A DNA stretch of 64,000 nt from Squalus acanthias (taxonomy: Eukaryota), in the NCBI GenBank assembly GCA_030390025.1, contig CM059434.1:25978001-26042000 (forward strand), in the 5' to 3' direction. The notes beneath the pieces were generated by a model. It was not told where the DNA came from. It was given only the letters and a program-made list of their open reading frames with translations, and ran no database searches. Both the position numbers and the translations under genes were made by a program. Positions 11,300 through 23,880 of this stretch are shown in pieces; positions within the stretch are counted from its first letter, which is position 1, and each line of letters starts with the position of its first letter.

Positions 11300-12364
11300 C
11301 TGATAAGGCCGAAAGGTCTCTTGTCACTTCTAAGTTCAAAAAATCATATACAACTTCTTCTAAATGTAACATTTTACAAACAATAATATAATGACAAACA
11401 ATGAATATACTACTTCCATTTCACACTGCATGGCAGCATCCAGCACCCCTGGTTGAGTCAGATGCAATGTAGACCTCCCCCACCAATGCACCTCAACTAA
11501 ACCTTCGTTGGAGGACTCCTTGCAGCAATGCAAGGTTTCCATTTTCCACACTTCCAATGCCAAATGCACTGATTGTGCCAGAAGCCGTTCTATTTGTGAA
11601 CTTTAAGAGCCTTCAAGAAAAGAAAAGTCATACCCCCAACTTTTGGACCAGCATCCACAGCCAAAGATGAAATAACAAATTTTACCATAATCTGATTATT
11701 CATATGAATGTAGCTGCCTTCTTCTCTGTTGTGGAACGTATTGCATTATTTTCTGAGTTTATTGCACAATTGGCAGTTTTATTCAACCTGCTAACAATGA
11801 GTGATTTACAGTGAAGCCCTCTTAAATGCACATTTTGTCCCCAGTAAAAATGTGCACTGAACTGGACTGTGCATTTAACTAATCTTTTCTCTTCTTATTT
11901 GATCTTTATTTTGCGGTGTATTAAATAAATTATACTGTATCTCATAATGATAGAAAAATTACAATTTTAAAGGGCTAGTGAGTAGAGTGCATCTTCTTAA
12001 ATGCACAATAGCCAGCTGATATTACAATCAACACATTCCTCTCACTGGCCATTTAAATATGTTCCTACTCAAAATTAGAATTCTACAAGTGTAAAGTGCC
12101 AGTGAGTAGACCATGTTGTTGAATATATTACGAGCTGGTTACTGTACATTCAGTAACACACGGTCCATTCACTGGATAACAAAGCACCTCATTCATATGC
12201 ATGATTGGAGAAATGGCAGGCAGAAAGTTGTAAATTGTATTTTCATTCCACCAAATTCTCATCCATGTCAAACACCCCCATTCTAAAATCCATAAGACAG
12301 GGGAGTCATTGCATAGAATGTAGCTGCCTCCACAGCAAGGACTCACTATAATGTGTTCAATATG

Positions 12365-12760
12365 TGTCCAATAGTCAGGCGAGACAGCTAGGTGCGAAGT
12401 GCAGTTACGAAGAGCTGCTGCCCGGATCGCGCAACAGAGGTGGGCCGATGAAATGCTATAAAAACACACTAAAGGCCACCTTGAAATTTTGCAACATTAA
12501 CCCCAACACCTGGGAAGACCAGCCACCGATAGATCACGATGGCAGCACGTTTGTCGAGTCGGCTTGAATGAATTTGAGGCTGCAAATTTGCGAGATCTGG
12601 CTGCCAAGCACCTGGCACGCAAGGCCAATCATCTAGCCGCCTCATCTGGCTTTCAATGCAGTATGTGTGGCCGTATGTGTGTGTCTGGGATTGGGCTCTT
12701 CTCTCATTAGCGCACCCACAACAACCGAGACTCATTCACTGATTTGACAGGAGACTCCAT
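12365..12760 (+). mobile_element. RTE-clade LINE 3' fragment
   Basis: YEELLPGSRNRGGPMKCYKNTLKATLKFCNINPNTWE followed, after a frameshift, by a C2H2-like FQCSMCGRMCVSGIGLFSH*RTH, typical of the RTE ORF C-terminus. Confidence 0.75.
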
Positions 12761-12796
12761 CAAGCGCAGTTATTTTGCTAAACAATGTTGCGGAAT

Positions 12797-12798
<2 letters not shown>

Positions 12799-12836
<38 letters not shown>
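12799..12836. repeat. (TG)19 microsatellite
   Basis: Perfect TG dinucleotide run. Confidence 0.98.
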
Positions 12837-12837
<1 letters not shown>

Positions 12838-14384
12838 CACAATCGGCTGTTAAAACAGTAATTTTTGCTTCTAGGCGAGTGAATCGCTGATCAGAAGCTG
12901 TGCACTTCCAAGCTCACAATAATGATTCAGCATCAGCTCGTTTTGATTTAAATTAGCCTGCTTGTGCAAACTATGCCATTAATACTATCATAAACCGCAT
13001 CAAATATATACATGTTTATGTATAGATACTGTCTCAAATTCGTAACTTGGCTAAGTATTCAGTCAAGATGTGTTTAAATAATATATCTCCAAAATATCAC
13101 ATTCCAAAAAATATTTGAGATTTATTTTATTAATACAGTTCTGCTTTTCAATTGCCATGAACACCCAGAAATAACACGAACCGATGGTGCAGTTACATTG
13201 TCACTTTCACATCAATATAAAATGGTTTCAGATACACCTCAATGCAGAAGTGACAGTGTAACTCGAAGATGTGCAAGGTGGTAGTATAACTAAGGATGGT
13301 GATCTGACCCTCGAGCCCACTAAAATGGGGAGTTGTGAAACTGCCTTCAGTAGATAGTTTCGCATGGAGTGCCCCAGCAACTCCATTCAGGTGTGAACCC
13401 ACAATTGAAACTCTACCTCTGTAACTGAAACATATCCAGACAGTCCACTGTACCTCCCGGGAACTTCTTAACCATATTTTTCAATCATTTTAATGATCGG
13501 AGAAATGTACATTCCTGCTGCCCTCTCCTAACATTAAAAAGGTTGCCACTAGGGGAGCAGTGTTCCAGCACATGTGCAGAATTCTTTCTATTGTTAAGCA
13601 ATGTGCAAGGTGCAGTCAGCAGTATAACTTGGGGCTGCTGACTGAGCACCAGACTACAGATTTCAGCCTTGAACATTATCTGTAGTATAACGGCACCCTA
13701 AAAAAACAACATCCTGGATGATGGCTACCAAAAGAGGAGGCGGTAAGTAATCAGGTTATTTTTAAAATTGTTTTAGGAGAACATCTACATTAAGTCTCAT
13801 AGCCAACAGTTCATCGCCAGAGTGTCAACTGCACTGCATAGAAGCAGCGAAGTAAAGAGAATTATTATTGTAGAACCGGGTCTCAATAAAATACACTGCA
13901 TTTCATGGGTGATTTTTTTTTCTCCTTTTAATTAACCTATGACTTTCTAAATGTAGTTTTCAGATCTTACATAGAGCAGATAAAACCATTGCTGTTGTTT
14001 ACATTAGGGGGTATTTGTAACAGCTGTTTCTGTAGATTTGCTGTGTATCTAGTTGGTTGATTTTAAATTAATTAATCGGCAGATAGGCCACAGGAACATA
14101 AATACTGTGGCTTTAAAAGAATCACAACTCCAACTAATCTTTTATAAAGTAATATGGTCAATCAGAGGACAGATGTAATTTCTGGTAAATTTCCAGCTCC
14201 AGGTCAATAACTGTTTTTTTGTTGTTTTACATCCATAATAAAGTGTTAGAGATGCAGTGTGTAACATCTCATGCATGACAGACAAGACACTAGATGTGAG
14301 ACTTTGGATTTGCTGTGGTGTTGTTCAAGGTAAATTGAATGATATTTTATAAAGACATGAATGTTATGCAATGTAATACATATT

Positions 14385-15139
14385 GGGCCGTATATTCCGA
14401 TCCCTATGGGCGAGTACGCGCTGTGTACACACCCGTAGGGACATCGGAAATGCCGGTTTCAGGCATGTGCAGCGCATGCGCTGAAAACCGGTATTTCCGA
14501 TCTGTCAAGAATGCTCAACAGATCGGACGCCTGCCCTGGAGAAGGGCCTCTGCGGGGGAGAGTTCCGCTTTCTGGAGAACCTCCGCCCGCAGAAAACCCT
14601 TAGAAATCTTACGCCTGGTAAAAGTAGGTGTAAGGCCTGCTTTTACCAGCATAAGAGTTGAAAAAAAAGTTAAAAAAATTAAATTAAATTTTCACTCATT
14701 TATCATTTTAAAATACTTTTTAAAAAAGTTTATTTTTAGCCCTGTAAAAATCTAATTATTTTTTTTAATTACATTTTTGTTTAAAATATTTAATTTATTG
14801 TAATTTCAACTCATTTTAAAAACGTGATGGTTTTTAAAAAATTATTTAATGTTTTAAAGTGTTTTTGGGGTGATCGCCATTCATATATTTGACAGGTCGA
14901 TCTGTCAAGTGTATGAAGGGAGATTCCCTTCTTTGATTGGCTCCCCATGGCCCACGTGATCCCAGGGATGCTTGTGAACCGCCTGCGCCTCTGGGATACG
15001 TGGGCGCTGCGCATTTCGAGTTTGGAGAGGCCCAGGAGCGGAAGTGTTCGGATCTCGGGAGCCCTCAGGTAAGGGCGTAGATTTTTTCCAGATCGGAGGC
15101 CTCCGCACGCAGGAAGCCTCCGATCGGAAAATACGGGCC
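14385..15139. mobile_element. ~755-bp MITE (PIF/Harbinger-type ends); same family as 39904-40666
   Basis: TIR GGGCCGTATATTCCGAT / ATCGGAAAATACGGGCC; AT-rich centre; collinear with 39904-40666. Confidence 0.8.
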
Positions 15140-15367
15140 AATGTATTATTCTGCTGAGGTGGATCTGTGTCCTGTTAAGGCAAAGTCTAATTGTTCAGTA
15201 AACAGAGGCTCAGGGCAATCAGAGTTTAATTGTTATTTGACCAGGGTATTGTGCAAATTGGAATGTGCGTGTCAGTTTCAGGCTGCAGTTTATTCAGAAG
15301 CATTCCGCATTTGGTGATTGGTTTGGTCTGTAACCAAGCATGATGTCTGGAATAGGACTTCTGGAGA

Positions 15368-15960
15368 GTTACATAGAATTACATAGAAATCACAACATGG
15401 AATCAGGCCGTTCAGCCCAACGAGTCCATGTTGGTGTTTATCCTCACATGAGCAGTCGTTCTAATCTCATGTGCCCGCTCAGTTCCCATATACCTCTATT
15501 CCCCTTTCCTTCAACCACATATCTAACCTATTCATAAATGTTGGTTGCCTGTGCTTCGGTCAAAACTCTAGTAGTAACTTCAGTAACCTCACAACTCTGT
15601 AAAATTAGTTTATTTTGCTGTCTAAATCTCTTACATTTAATGTTGTAATCTATGTCGTCTTGTTCTAGACCCCTCAACCATTAGAAGCAAACTGTTTCTA
15701 TCTACCCTGTCCTATTTTAAATACCTCTATCAAATCCCACCATATCCTCTGTTCTAATGGAAACAGCCCCAATTTTGAGAGTCTTTCTTTGTATTTGTAT
15801 TTCCACATACCAGACAGCATCCTAGTGAATCTGCACTGCACCCTCTCTGTTGCCTCAACATCCTTCATATAGTGTGGAGTCCAAAACTGCATAAAGTACT
15901 CCAACTATGACCTTACACAAATTCAACCATACATCTCAACTTCTATATTCTATATCTCTT
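15368..15960 (-). mobile_element. Degenerate CR1 LINE 3' end
   Basis: LEYFMQFWTPHYMKDVEATERVQCRFTRML...ERLSKLGLFPLEQR, plus CR1 tail. Confidence 0.85.
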
Positions 15961-16095
15961 GCCATGTGTGAATGGTTCATAGCCCTCTTCTACAGACTGA
16001 AAAATGAACAGGAGTCTTTATTGTTTTTCCTCAAATCTATTGGATTGCTTCACAAGTGTCATCTGCAGCAAACAGTGCTGCCAACTTTTACTTAC

Positions 16096-16218
16096 TTCCA
16101 GCACAGCTGTATGCGTCTACTTTTTTGAAGCCGGTTGGACAGGCACAGGTGTAGTTGGTGCCACTGGGAAGGCAGAGGTGGCTGCATCCTCCGTTGTTGG
16201 CCCCACAGCGATTTCTCC
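16096..16218 (-). CDS. LRP4: LRP4 coding exon (~exon 16), EGF-like module
   Basis: 123 nt; gagcag / GTAAGT; encodes [41 protein letters not shown]. Confidence 0.95.
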
Positions 16219-17831
16219 CTGCTCAAATAGCAGAAAGCACAACACACAACATAAGTATCACCAGCATACAACAGGTGTTTCCAAACTGAGTCAACATCTA
16301 CAATGGGAAGGGGGTCATAGCAGCTATGGCCACTTGTTGCTTTCAATCAGCAGCTTATCAAAGACAATACAGCCTTTTCCTGGTAACACACGGTTTTATT
16401 TTGCACTAAAAATTTTGAATTATCCAGGAATTCAAATTAAACAATCCATATAATAGAGCAAAGTGGGAAATTTAGTGCTGAAAAAGTTAAATTATCCGAT
16501 AATTAAAATTAAGCAACCTTCAATTAAGAGGAGTTTGGAGGCAGTAATTTATTGAATTTCCTGAAAAATTGCACCATAGTACAGTACTGGTGCATCGACC
16601 ACATACACCATTATTCTAGTGCAGAAGTTGCAGGAAATGATGGCGCAAGTGATTTATGCTCATTTTTACACCACGTCAAAATTTCCTGGGTCATCTGCGC
16701 CACTCTGCCAAGACCCTCACCCAAACAGTTAAACGTTAATTATCATAGCTCTGCACTAGCCCCCCCCCAAAACAGCGGCGATGGCGAATTTCCTTGATTT
16801 ACATTAGTTTTCTTGCCGCTTGCAGGTATGCTGATAAGGAAAGGCGCAAACACACACCTCGGTCATCGAGACCGAAACTGGCGCGCTTGGAACCTGCTGA
16901 TCTGATTGGGAAATGAAAGTGGCTGCAGAACCATCTTCATGTGCTGCAGTTTCGTGGGCTGCCACGGCCGATGCTCTCTCACCCTGCATGCTGACAACTA
17001 ATGACTCATTGCAAACACTGCTCCTGACTCTGAGCCAAAGGCAGAGCAAAGATCAGCAAAATGCCAGCAGCTCAAGCAATGAGATTGTGTTGTTCCGGGT
17101 AATAAATAAACGTCCATAAAACACCCGAGAGTCAGTTTCACCAACTGGTGTACGTTTATCAGTCCTTTTAGAGTTCAAACTAAAACTTGCTTCGGAGAAC
17201 TTCATTTACAGCAAGACTGCTCTGTATAAGTTTGCTATTTAAAAATAGATTTCAATAGACCTTAAAGCTCAAATGAAACGTACAATTACTCAATGAAAAT
17301 AAAACCAAACAGATGAAATGCAGCACAAGAAAACCTCAACATTCTCATTTTTATTTTGTTCCCTATAATTATAAAAAGTGAAGCAGTTTCATGAAAATTA
17401 CAAGCCACGGTATCTTTGTTCAACTTCTAGTGTAAACCCGTAGACTCTGGTTCTGTTTTGATATAATTCTGCGTACGTGATTTAAAAAAGAGTCCATTTG
17501 GAGTAAAATGAAGATGGCCATTATCGGTTATCTTCTGGTCTTCGTTTCTGGGCTAGAGTATTTGAAAATTGATGAAAAATAAATTTGAAAGCAAATCAGT
17601 CTCATACGACTTAAAACTAAATCCCTTTATTGGCCATTGGATGTGCCACTTTGGATTCGCCACTTTCCTCGCTATGGCATATTCAAATCAGTTTTCCAGT
17701 AAATTCGGCGCTGGAGGATTGGGGCGTACAACTGTCTAACTTATAGCATTCGTCGCCAATATCGCCGGTGTGGGAAATTCTGGGCCTTTATATTTTTGTT
17801 CACAGAGCGTAAGGTTCAGACAAAAAAAATC

Positions 17832-17850
17832 TAGCCAGTAGGTGGCACTA
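17832..17850 (+). promoter_or_regulatory. Candidate CTCF site
   Basis: TAGCCAGTAGGTGGCACTA closely matches the CTCF core consensus; motif only. Confidence 0.4.
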
Positions 17851-20800
17851 TCCACACCTCGCACCAAGACAGTGCAACTGCAATTTTCCATTCCTAACTA
17901 TATCTAAAATAGAACTAGATATTCTCAGTTCAAACCAATCCGATTGAAAACTGCAGGGATATCACCACTACAAACCTACTGCAAAAACTGTAAAAAAAAA
18001 ATCAGTCTATAAAATAGGACAATGTTGCTTTAAAAAAATCCAATCTATAGCCATTATTAACTCGCAACGATATAGCCCTTAGCACTGTGACTGTGAAACC
18101 ATGCAACTCCACACGGGGGTTGGTCTGGGTGCTGTGGCTGTTTTGGATAGTGCTACCCAGCTTTCAATATTGCCACAAGCAGATGGCCAAAACATGCAAA
18201 GAGAGAAAATAAAACTGTCATACATACTGGGTTGTGGCGCCACAGCCAGGGTCAAAAAATACTTTGGAGGATACTGGTCCTGCACCAACATGCATAAAAA
18301 CTAATGGTCTTATTTTCTGTTACTGGATAAGATACTGTCAGCAAAAGAAAAAAAGCAGCACAAACCTCAAGTAGTGTTCGCTCCCCTAGCAGGTCCGGGA
18401 CCTGGGACCAATGGTATATTTGACCATTGTGATACATGGGCAGATGCACAGAATGTCATCAGGAGCAATGAGAAGTGAAAGGTTAATACCTTTAAATCCT
18501 TGATCCAGTCTATAGGATGCTCACCCCATTCAGGTAAAATGCTGCATTCACTGGACTCCAGGGGACACAGCTGCCCCAATAATACAGCAATGAGACTATA
18601 TCTAGTTCATCAGAGCCTGTTTTATTACAAGTCCATCTTGGCACTCTGACAAGGAAATCTTTGTGTCTCAGCAAGCAATTGAAGGATATTTTGATCATCT
18701 TAATAGGCACGATTATAATAATCTCATGTTTTGGGAGGGCCACAGCTGCACAGAATTTGAAAGAGAAAACCTGATCATGCTTCAGCACCATTTACCACTC
18801 TTTAAGCTATGTAAATCTCACCTCCTTATGTAATTTTCAAAGTGATTTTATGTCAATCACTGCTAATAAAGTTCCAATTAGGCAAAATTAATTATTGCGG
18901 TATTTCTGCGCAAATTGTGTTTTTTTAAACAAGGCCAAAATGACTATCACAACCGAATGAATGAAAATGAATTATGTTTGATGAGTACAACAGTGGTAAT
19001 TCACCCTCTTTAACCATTTATTGGATGATATGGGTGTGGTCATATCGAATTTTTAAAAAAAATCTAAGTTCCATGCACTTGCCTCAAAAATGTTGCTTTA
19101 GTTGGACACCAGAATATTACAAAGTACCCAGTTGATCAGTATTGGCCCTTTAATAAGATTTTTACAAGATCATCTTTTAACCCCTGAAAACTGAATATGG
19201 CCACAATATATCATTACTGAGAATTTTAAAAAATGTATTTGTTCTCAGGATTTGACCGACTGTTAAGGCTACATTTATTGTCTATCCTTAGTTGCCCTGA
19301 GAAAGTAGTCTTTTCCTTGAACTGCTGCAGTCGTTGAGGTGATGGTGCTCCCACAATGGTTGTGGTACAATTATCCATCATATCTCCTCATGCTACATCC
19401 TAACCTATTGATTACCTATTTGATCACATTTCCCAGTAGTGCCTAATCTCACTATTCCATCACATCCCGCTATTGCCCTATTCCATTAATTCTCTATTTT
19501 ATCACATCTCCTGGTTGCTTCCAATCCAACTAATTCATGTCGGTCATTTCTCCGCTTGTAGTGTTAGCAGCATTAATAGTGCTTAATGCTTAAAAAGGAT
19601 ATTGTTTGCAGGCAGTAGTAACCTGTGGACTCCCCTCCTCACCGAGCCATCAATTACCACATGCTGCCTCTATTGTTAGTGTGAAAACAGAGCCACGAGG
19701 CAGCCTAGCACTTCCTGGCTGTTTGACATCATTTGATTGGCACAAATGAGCTAAGGCGACAGCCAATGCAGTCGGAGATGCTCTGAGGAGAGGTCTTGCT
19801 GCTAGGGCTGCCTGAAGACAGAGGAAAGCACAATTTACGGATGGTTCAAGCTCCGTACTGGTGGATTCAGTTATTCAGTGCCCCCCCCACCCCCCCCAAG
19901 ACTTCACCACCCACAAAGGCTTGCCACAAGCATAAGGGGTAGCAAGCTGCCTGCTGGAGTAACACTGTCCCAAACTTCCTCTGTACCCTCAAGGACCATC
20001 AGAAGAAAATCTGGAGATTTAAGAAGTCACAAAGGCGAGTGATTTGAGGTTTTCCCGGTATCCTGTGCTGTATATGGCTAATATACCTTTATTTACATAG
20101 TCATTACAATCTTTTTCCTGTGCTGATTCCTTGTGCTATTTAATCTGTGTTAGGAACATGTTTCTCAGTACATGTAGTTCACAATACATGTGTTAATGTG
20201 AACTATTAAACTGACTATAAATTGCACAAGTTATACAACTTGTTGTGAAGCATTTTCTCAACTCACTGCATATTTCAATGGGCACTTCATTTCAACTTGC
20301 AAAATTGTCACTAACTATGGAGGGTTGTTTGAAGGGGCTTTGTTAGTATCAGAAATATTGTATTGGTACTTCAACACACTTTGGAATACACTTCGTATAA
20401 TGATCGTAATGGAGGCAACATATATTGCATGTTCAATACTTGTGCAGGAGTATTATGAGCAGAATTCCTTTTATTTGTCACCAGGCTTATGTGGCTTACC
20501 AGCTGGCATTGGTTGAGGATGCAATACCCATAAAGAGGTGCTGCTCTTTGCCAATTAAGGTCATGTACTGACCTTCATTGGCAAAGGACTAATCTTGAAA
20601 TAGGAGCTGCTGAAATAAGGCTACCGGAAACCTCCAGACATACGTGTCCACGAAAAATATAATATCTATTATTAACACTGAAGTGTATGCAGGAAGTGCA
20701 ACAAATGTCACGCAATGCCAACATGAGCACAGCACTCTTTGTCCCATAACTCCCTTTCTTTTACCTTTTAGAAGCACAGGTGAAGGCACAAAATATGACA

Positions 20801-22645
20801 CAGGAGAGAGGAGGAGGGTGAACACACAACAGCCTCACGCTGTGTCAGTCACAATCCTCCGATGCCAATCAAAATATGTCAAGCACAACCAGGAAACCAC
20901 TTCAGCTCCTGTAGAACCTTTCACTTTTGTGGTTACATGTCAATCTCCATCCCCCCGGCCTTCGGACTGGAATTACAATGACCTCTTCGACTACACGCTT
21001 GGGACCTGGAGCATAAAGAGATGAGCAGTGGGGCATGGCAGTAAGGAGGAGTACATGGCTTTCAGGTTAGGAAAGGAATTGAATGGTATCATCATATAGC
21101 AGTCCCTCGGATGTTAGCACTTAATTTAACCCCTTAACACTTATGGGCAGGTGCACTTCCTTTCCAGCCATAGAATGCTGAATTTGTGGGACACACACTG
21201 CCATGTTTGTCCTAACAGACAGAAGGATGTTGGTAGCTGCAAGATATTCTAAAATGACAACTGTGCAATCACAAAATCAGTGATGCCTTGTATTCTGAGG
21301 AAGAACCACCCAGCCATCAGTTTCTGAAAAAGACACTGGGGGCGAAATTCGGTTACGTCCCGTTTGGGGGCGGTAACTGAATTAGTGCCTCACATTTAGC
21401 GCCCGGGATGGGAGTACTGCCCCGGCCGCTAAATTGGGTTTACCGTCCCGGTGAGGAAGCGACGCACTATCTCAGGCGCTCCATTTCCTCTCGGGGTGGT
21501 GCATGGGGTGCAAATCGTGGTAGCTGGACGGCGCAATGGCGGCCATGGACCATGCCAAGGACCGCCAAGAGGGGCCGAACTGGAGGTCAGCCAAAATTTA
21601 AAATGTCGGCTGGGGGCGCAGCCCGACCACCCCTTTAATTAGCGCCCCGCCAGCAGTGTGCGGCCCGGCTCGGGACCCACGAGGCTGTCGCTGACATCGC
21701 CCGTGGGTCGGGACCCCGCTGTGAACCCGTCGTCACACGCCTTTCCCCGATGTCGGGTCTGTCAGCGCTGAGCAGACCCGACAGGCAGCGGCGAGTTCAC
21801 AGCGGGGGATCCAATTCAGGTAATTAGTGGATTGTTTAGAGCCACTTAAAATGAATTTCAGCTCACCTTCTGCATTTGACAGCTCGTCCACGGGGTCCAC
21901 GCTGGTCATGGACCACGTCTGTCAAGCTGTAGCGGGAGTTCAGTGGCCATTGAGTCAGCTGTTGAGTTGACAGCTTCAAATGTAAAGTAAAAGCTCCCAC
22001 CTTACAGAGATATCGTCCCTCAGCCTCAAGCTCTTCCTCACTGCATTTCCACAACAGATTCACCATGCTGCTAGTCTTTACACAAGTCTCCATCCAATCT
22101 GACCTCATTACCTCTCTCACCATTGACAGATCGCTTCTGTCATCTCTATTTCACCTGCCATCTATTCCATCAGCATGGGTGCCCTTGAAACTCTCTCACC
22201 TTGGTCCTCAGAATCCCACCATGATCAGCCCCAACACCAGCAGCACCAGACACACCAGCAGCACCAACAACACCAACCTTCTCCACAATCAACTGATGCT
22301 GCACAGGACAGAGGGCATCAGCACCCAACCACTTGGCTGCCCAGGAGGCCAGGGATGGCCTCACCATGGCCACATTTACTTCACTTGACGCTGTACACCC
22401 TGGCTGCCACATGATGCGCCAGGTTGGCACCACCCCACGCCAACACCATAATGCATCCCTACAATGCCCAAGCCATTCCTTTCACACCATCACCATTCCA
22501 CGGGGGTACCGTTATGTCTCACCATTCACTGCAACTCACTAAGCCACTTCCAAAGGTGCACACAAATCTGTCCAAGAACGCAAAGTGTTGAAAATAAAGG
22601 TTTCAATGTTTGACACCACATTAACAGAAACTTCACATGAACATT

Positions 22646-22987
22646 GGAGAAACTTCTTCACTCAGAGGGTAGTAGGTCTGTGGAATTTGCTGCCCCAGGA
22701 AGCTGTGGAAGCTACATCATTAAATAAATTTAAAACAGAAATAGACAGTTTCCTAGAAGTAAAGGGAATTAGGGGTTACGGGGAGCGGGCAGGAAATTGG
22801 ACATGAGGCTGAGTTCGGATCGGTCGAGGCCCTGTGGGTGGCGTAGCGGGCCCAGGGGCTGAGTGGCCAGGTCCTGCTCCTACTTCTTGTGTTCTTTAGA
22901 TTTGAGGTGAGGATCAGATCAGCCATGATCTTATTAAATGGCGGAGCAGGCTCGAAGGGCCGATTGGCCTACTCCTGCTCCTATTTC
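22646..22987 (+). mobile_element. CR1 LINE 3' end with two tandem tails, nested in the Harbinger element
   Basis: RNFFTQRVVGLWNLLPQEAVEA...; flanked by an ATTG duplication relative to the uninterrupted sister copy near 31920. Confidence 0.85.
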
Positions 22988-23148
22988 TTATTGCTTAAAA
23001 CACCCAAGTGGCTACCCTTGTGTGTTGATAGTTGGTATGATTGCACTAGGATGAGGGCAAGTGTGAGGGGTGGCTAGTGAGATGTGGATGTGATAATATA
23101 GATAGACAGAGAGGGTATAAGTAAGGATGTGCAGGAGTAGGGTAGGGA

Positions 23149-23581
23149 AACATATATAAACATAGAATCTAGGAGCAGGAGTAGGCCATTCGGCCCATCA
23201 AGCCTGCTCCACCATTCAATACGATCATGGCTGATCTTCCAAATCCAGTACCCTGTCCCTGCTTTAATCCCCACAGTACACATATCCCACCCTACCCCCG
23301 TAACCCCACATATTTAATTCCCCCTAACATATCCCATCCTATCCCCATAACCCCACATATTTAATCCCCCCCTAACACTAAGGGTCAATTTATCATAGCC
23401 AAATCAATCTAACCCGCACATTTTTGGACTGTGGGAGGAAACCGGAGCACCCGGAGGAAACCCACGCAGACACGGGGAGAATGTGCAAACTCCACACAGA
23501 CAGTCACCCGAGGTCAGATTCGAACCCGGGTTCCTGGCGCTGTGAGGCACCAGTGCTAACCACTATGCCACCGTGTTGCCC
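23149..23581 (-). mobile_element. HE1-type V-SINE with a 47/48-bp internal tandem duplication and CR1-derived tail
   Basis: Minus strand GGTGGCATAGTGGTTAGCAC (A box), GGGTTCGAATC (B box), V-domain GTGGAGTTTGCACATTCTCCCCGTGTCTGCGTGGGTTTCCTCCGGGTGCTCCGGTTTCCTCCCACA; repeat units 23281-23327 and 23328-23375. Confidence 0.9.
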
Positions 23582-23639
23582 TTGAAGGCAGAGTGATGGG
23601 GATGTGATGAGAGGCACAGCAGGATGAGGTTGAGTGTGG

Positions 23640-23880
23640 CTTTGTACTAACTTTTTGTGATCTACTGAGATTATTGAAACGTTTGTGGCACTGCATCCAG
23701 GTCCTCCTGACCACATCCCTGCTTGTGCCCTCCTCTGCAATGTGCAACCAGGCTGTGTTGATCTCCTGGGGAGGTCTCTTCCGCCCATGGGAAGGGAAGA
23801 GGACCTCCCTGCGTGCTGTGACTCCCTCCATAAGCATATGGAGGGAGTCATGGGAGAGCCTGGGTGCAGCCTTGCACCTC
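23640..23880 (-). pseudogene. Myb/SANT-like DNA-binding domain (Harbinger accessory protein, NAIF1/MSANTD-like)
   Basis: W...IA...RT..QC.KR.N.L trihelix signature; the frame is open across the domain and followed by a donor-like GTTAGT. Confidence 0.7.

Noticed and set aside
22175-22414. Q/H-rich ORF (and 31502-31705) as a host microprotein
   Set aside because: It lies inside a repeated transposon derivative, and the reading frame start differs between the two copies.
23281-23375. Tandem 47/48-bp repeat considered as a CRISPR-like array
   Set aside because: Only two adjacent units with no spacers, inside an HE1 SINE in eukaryotic DNA.
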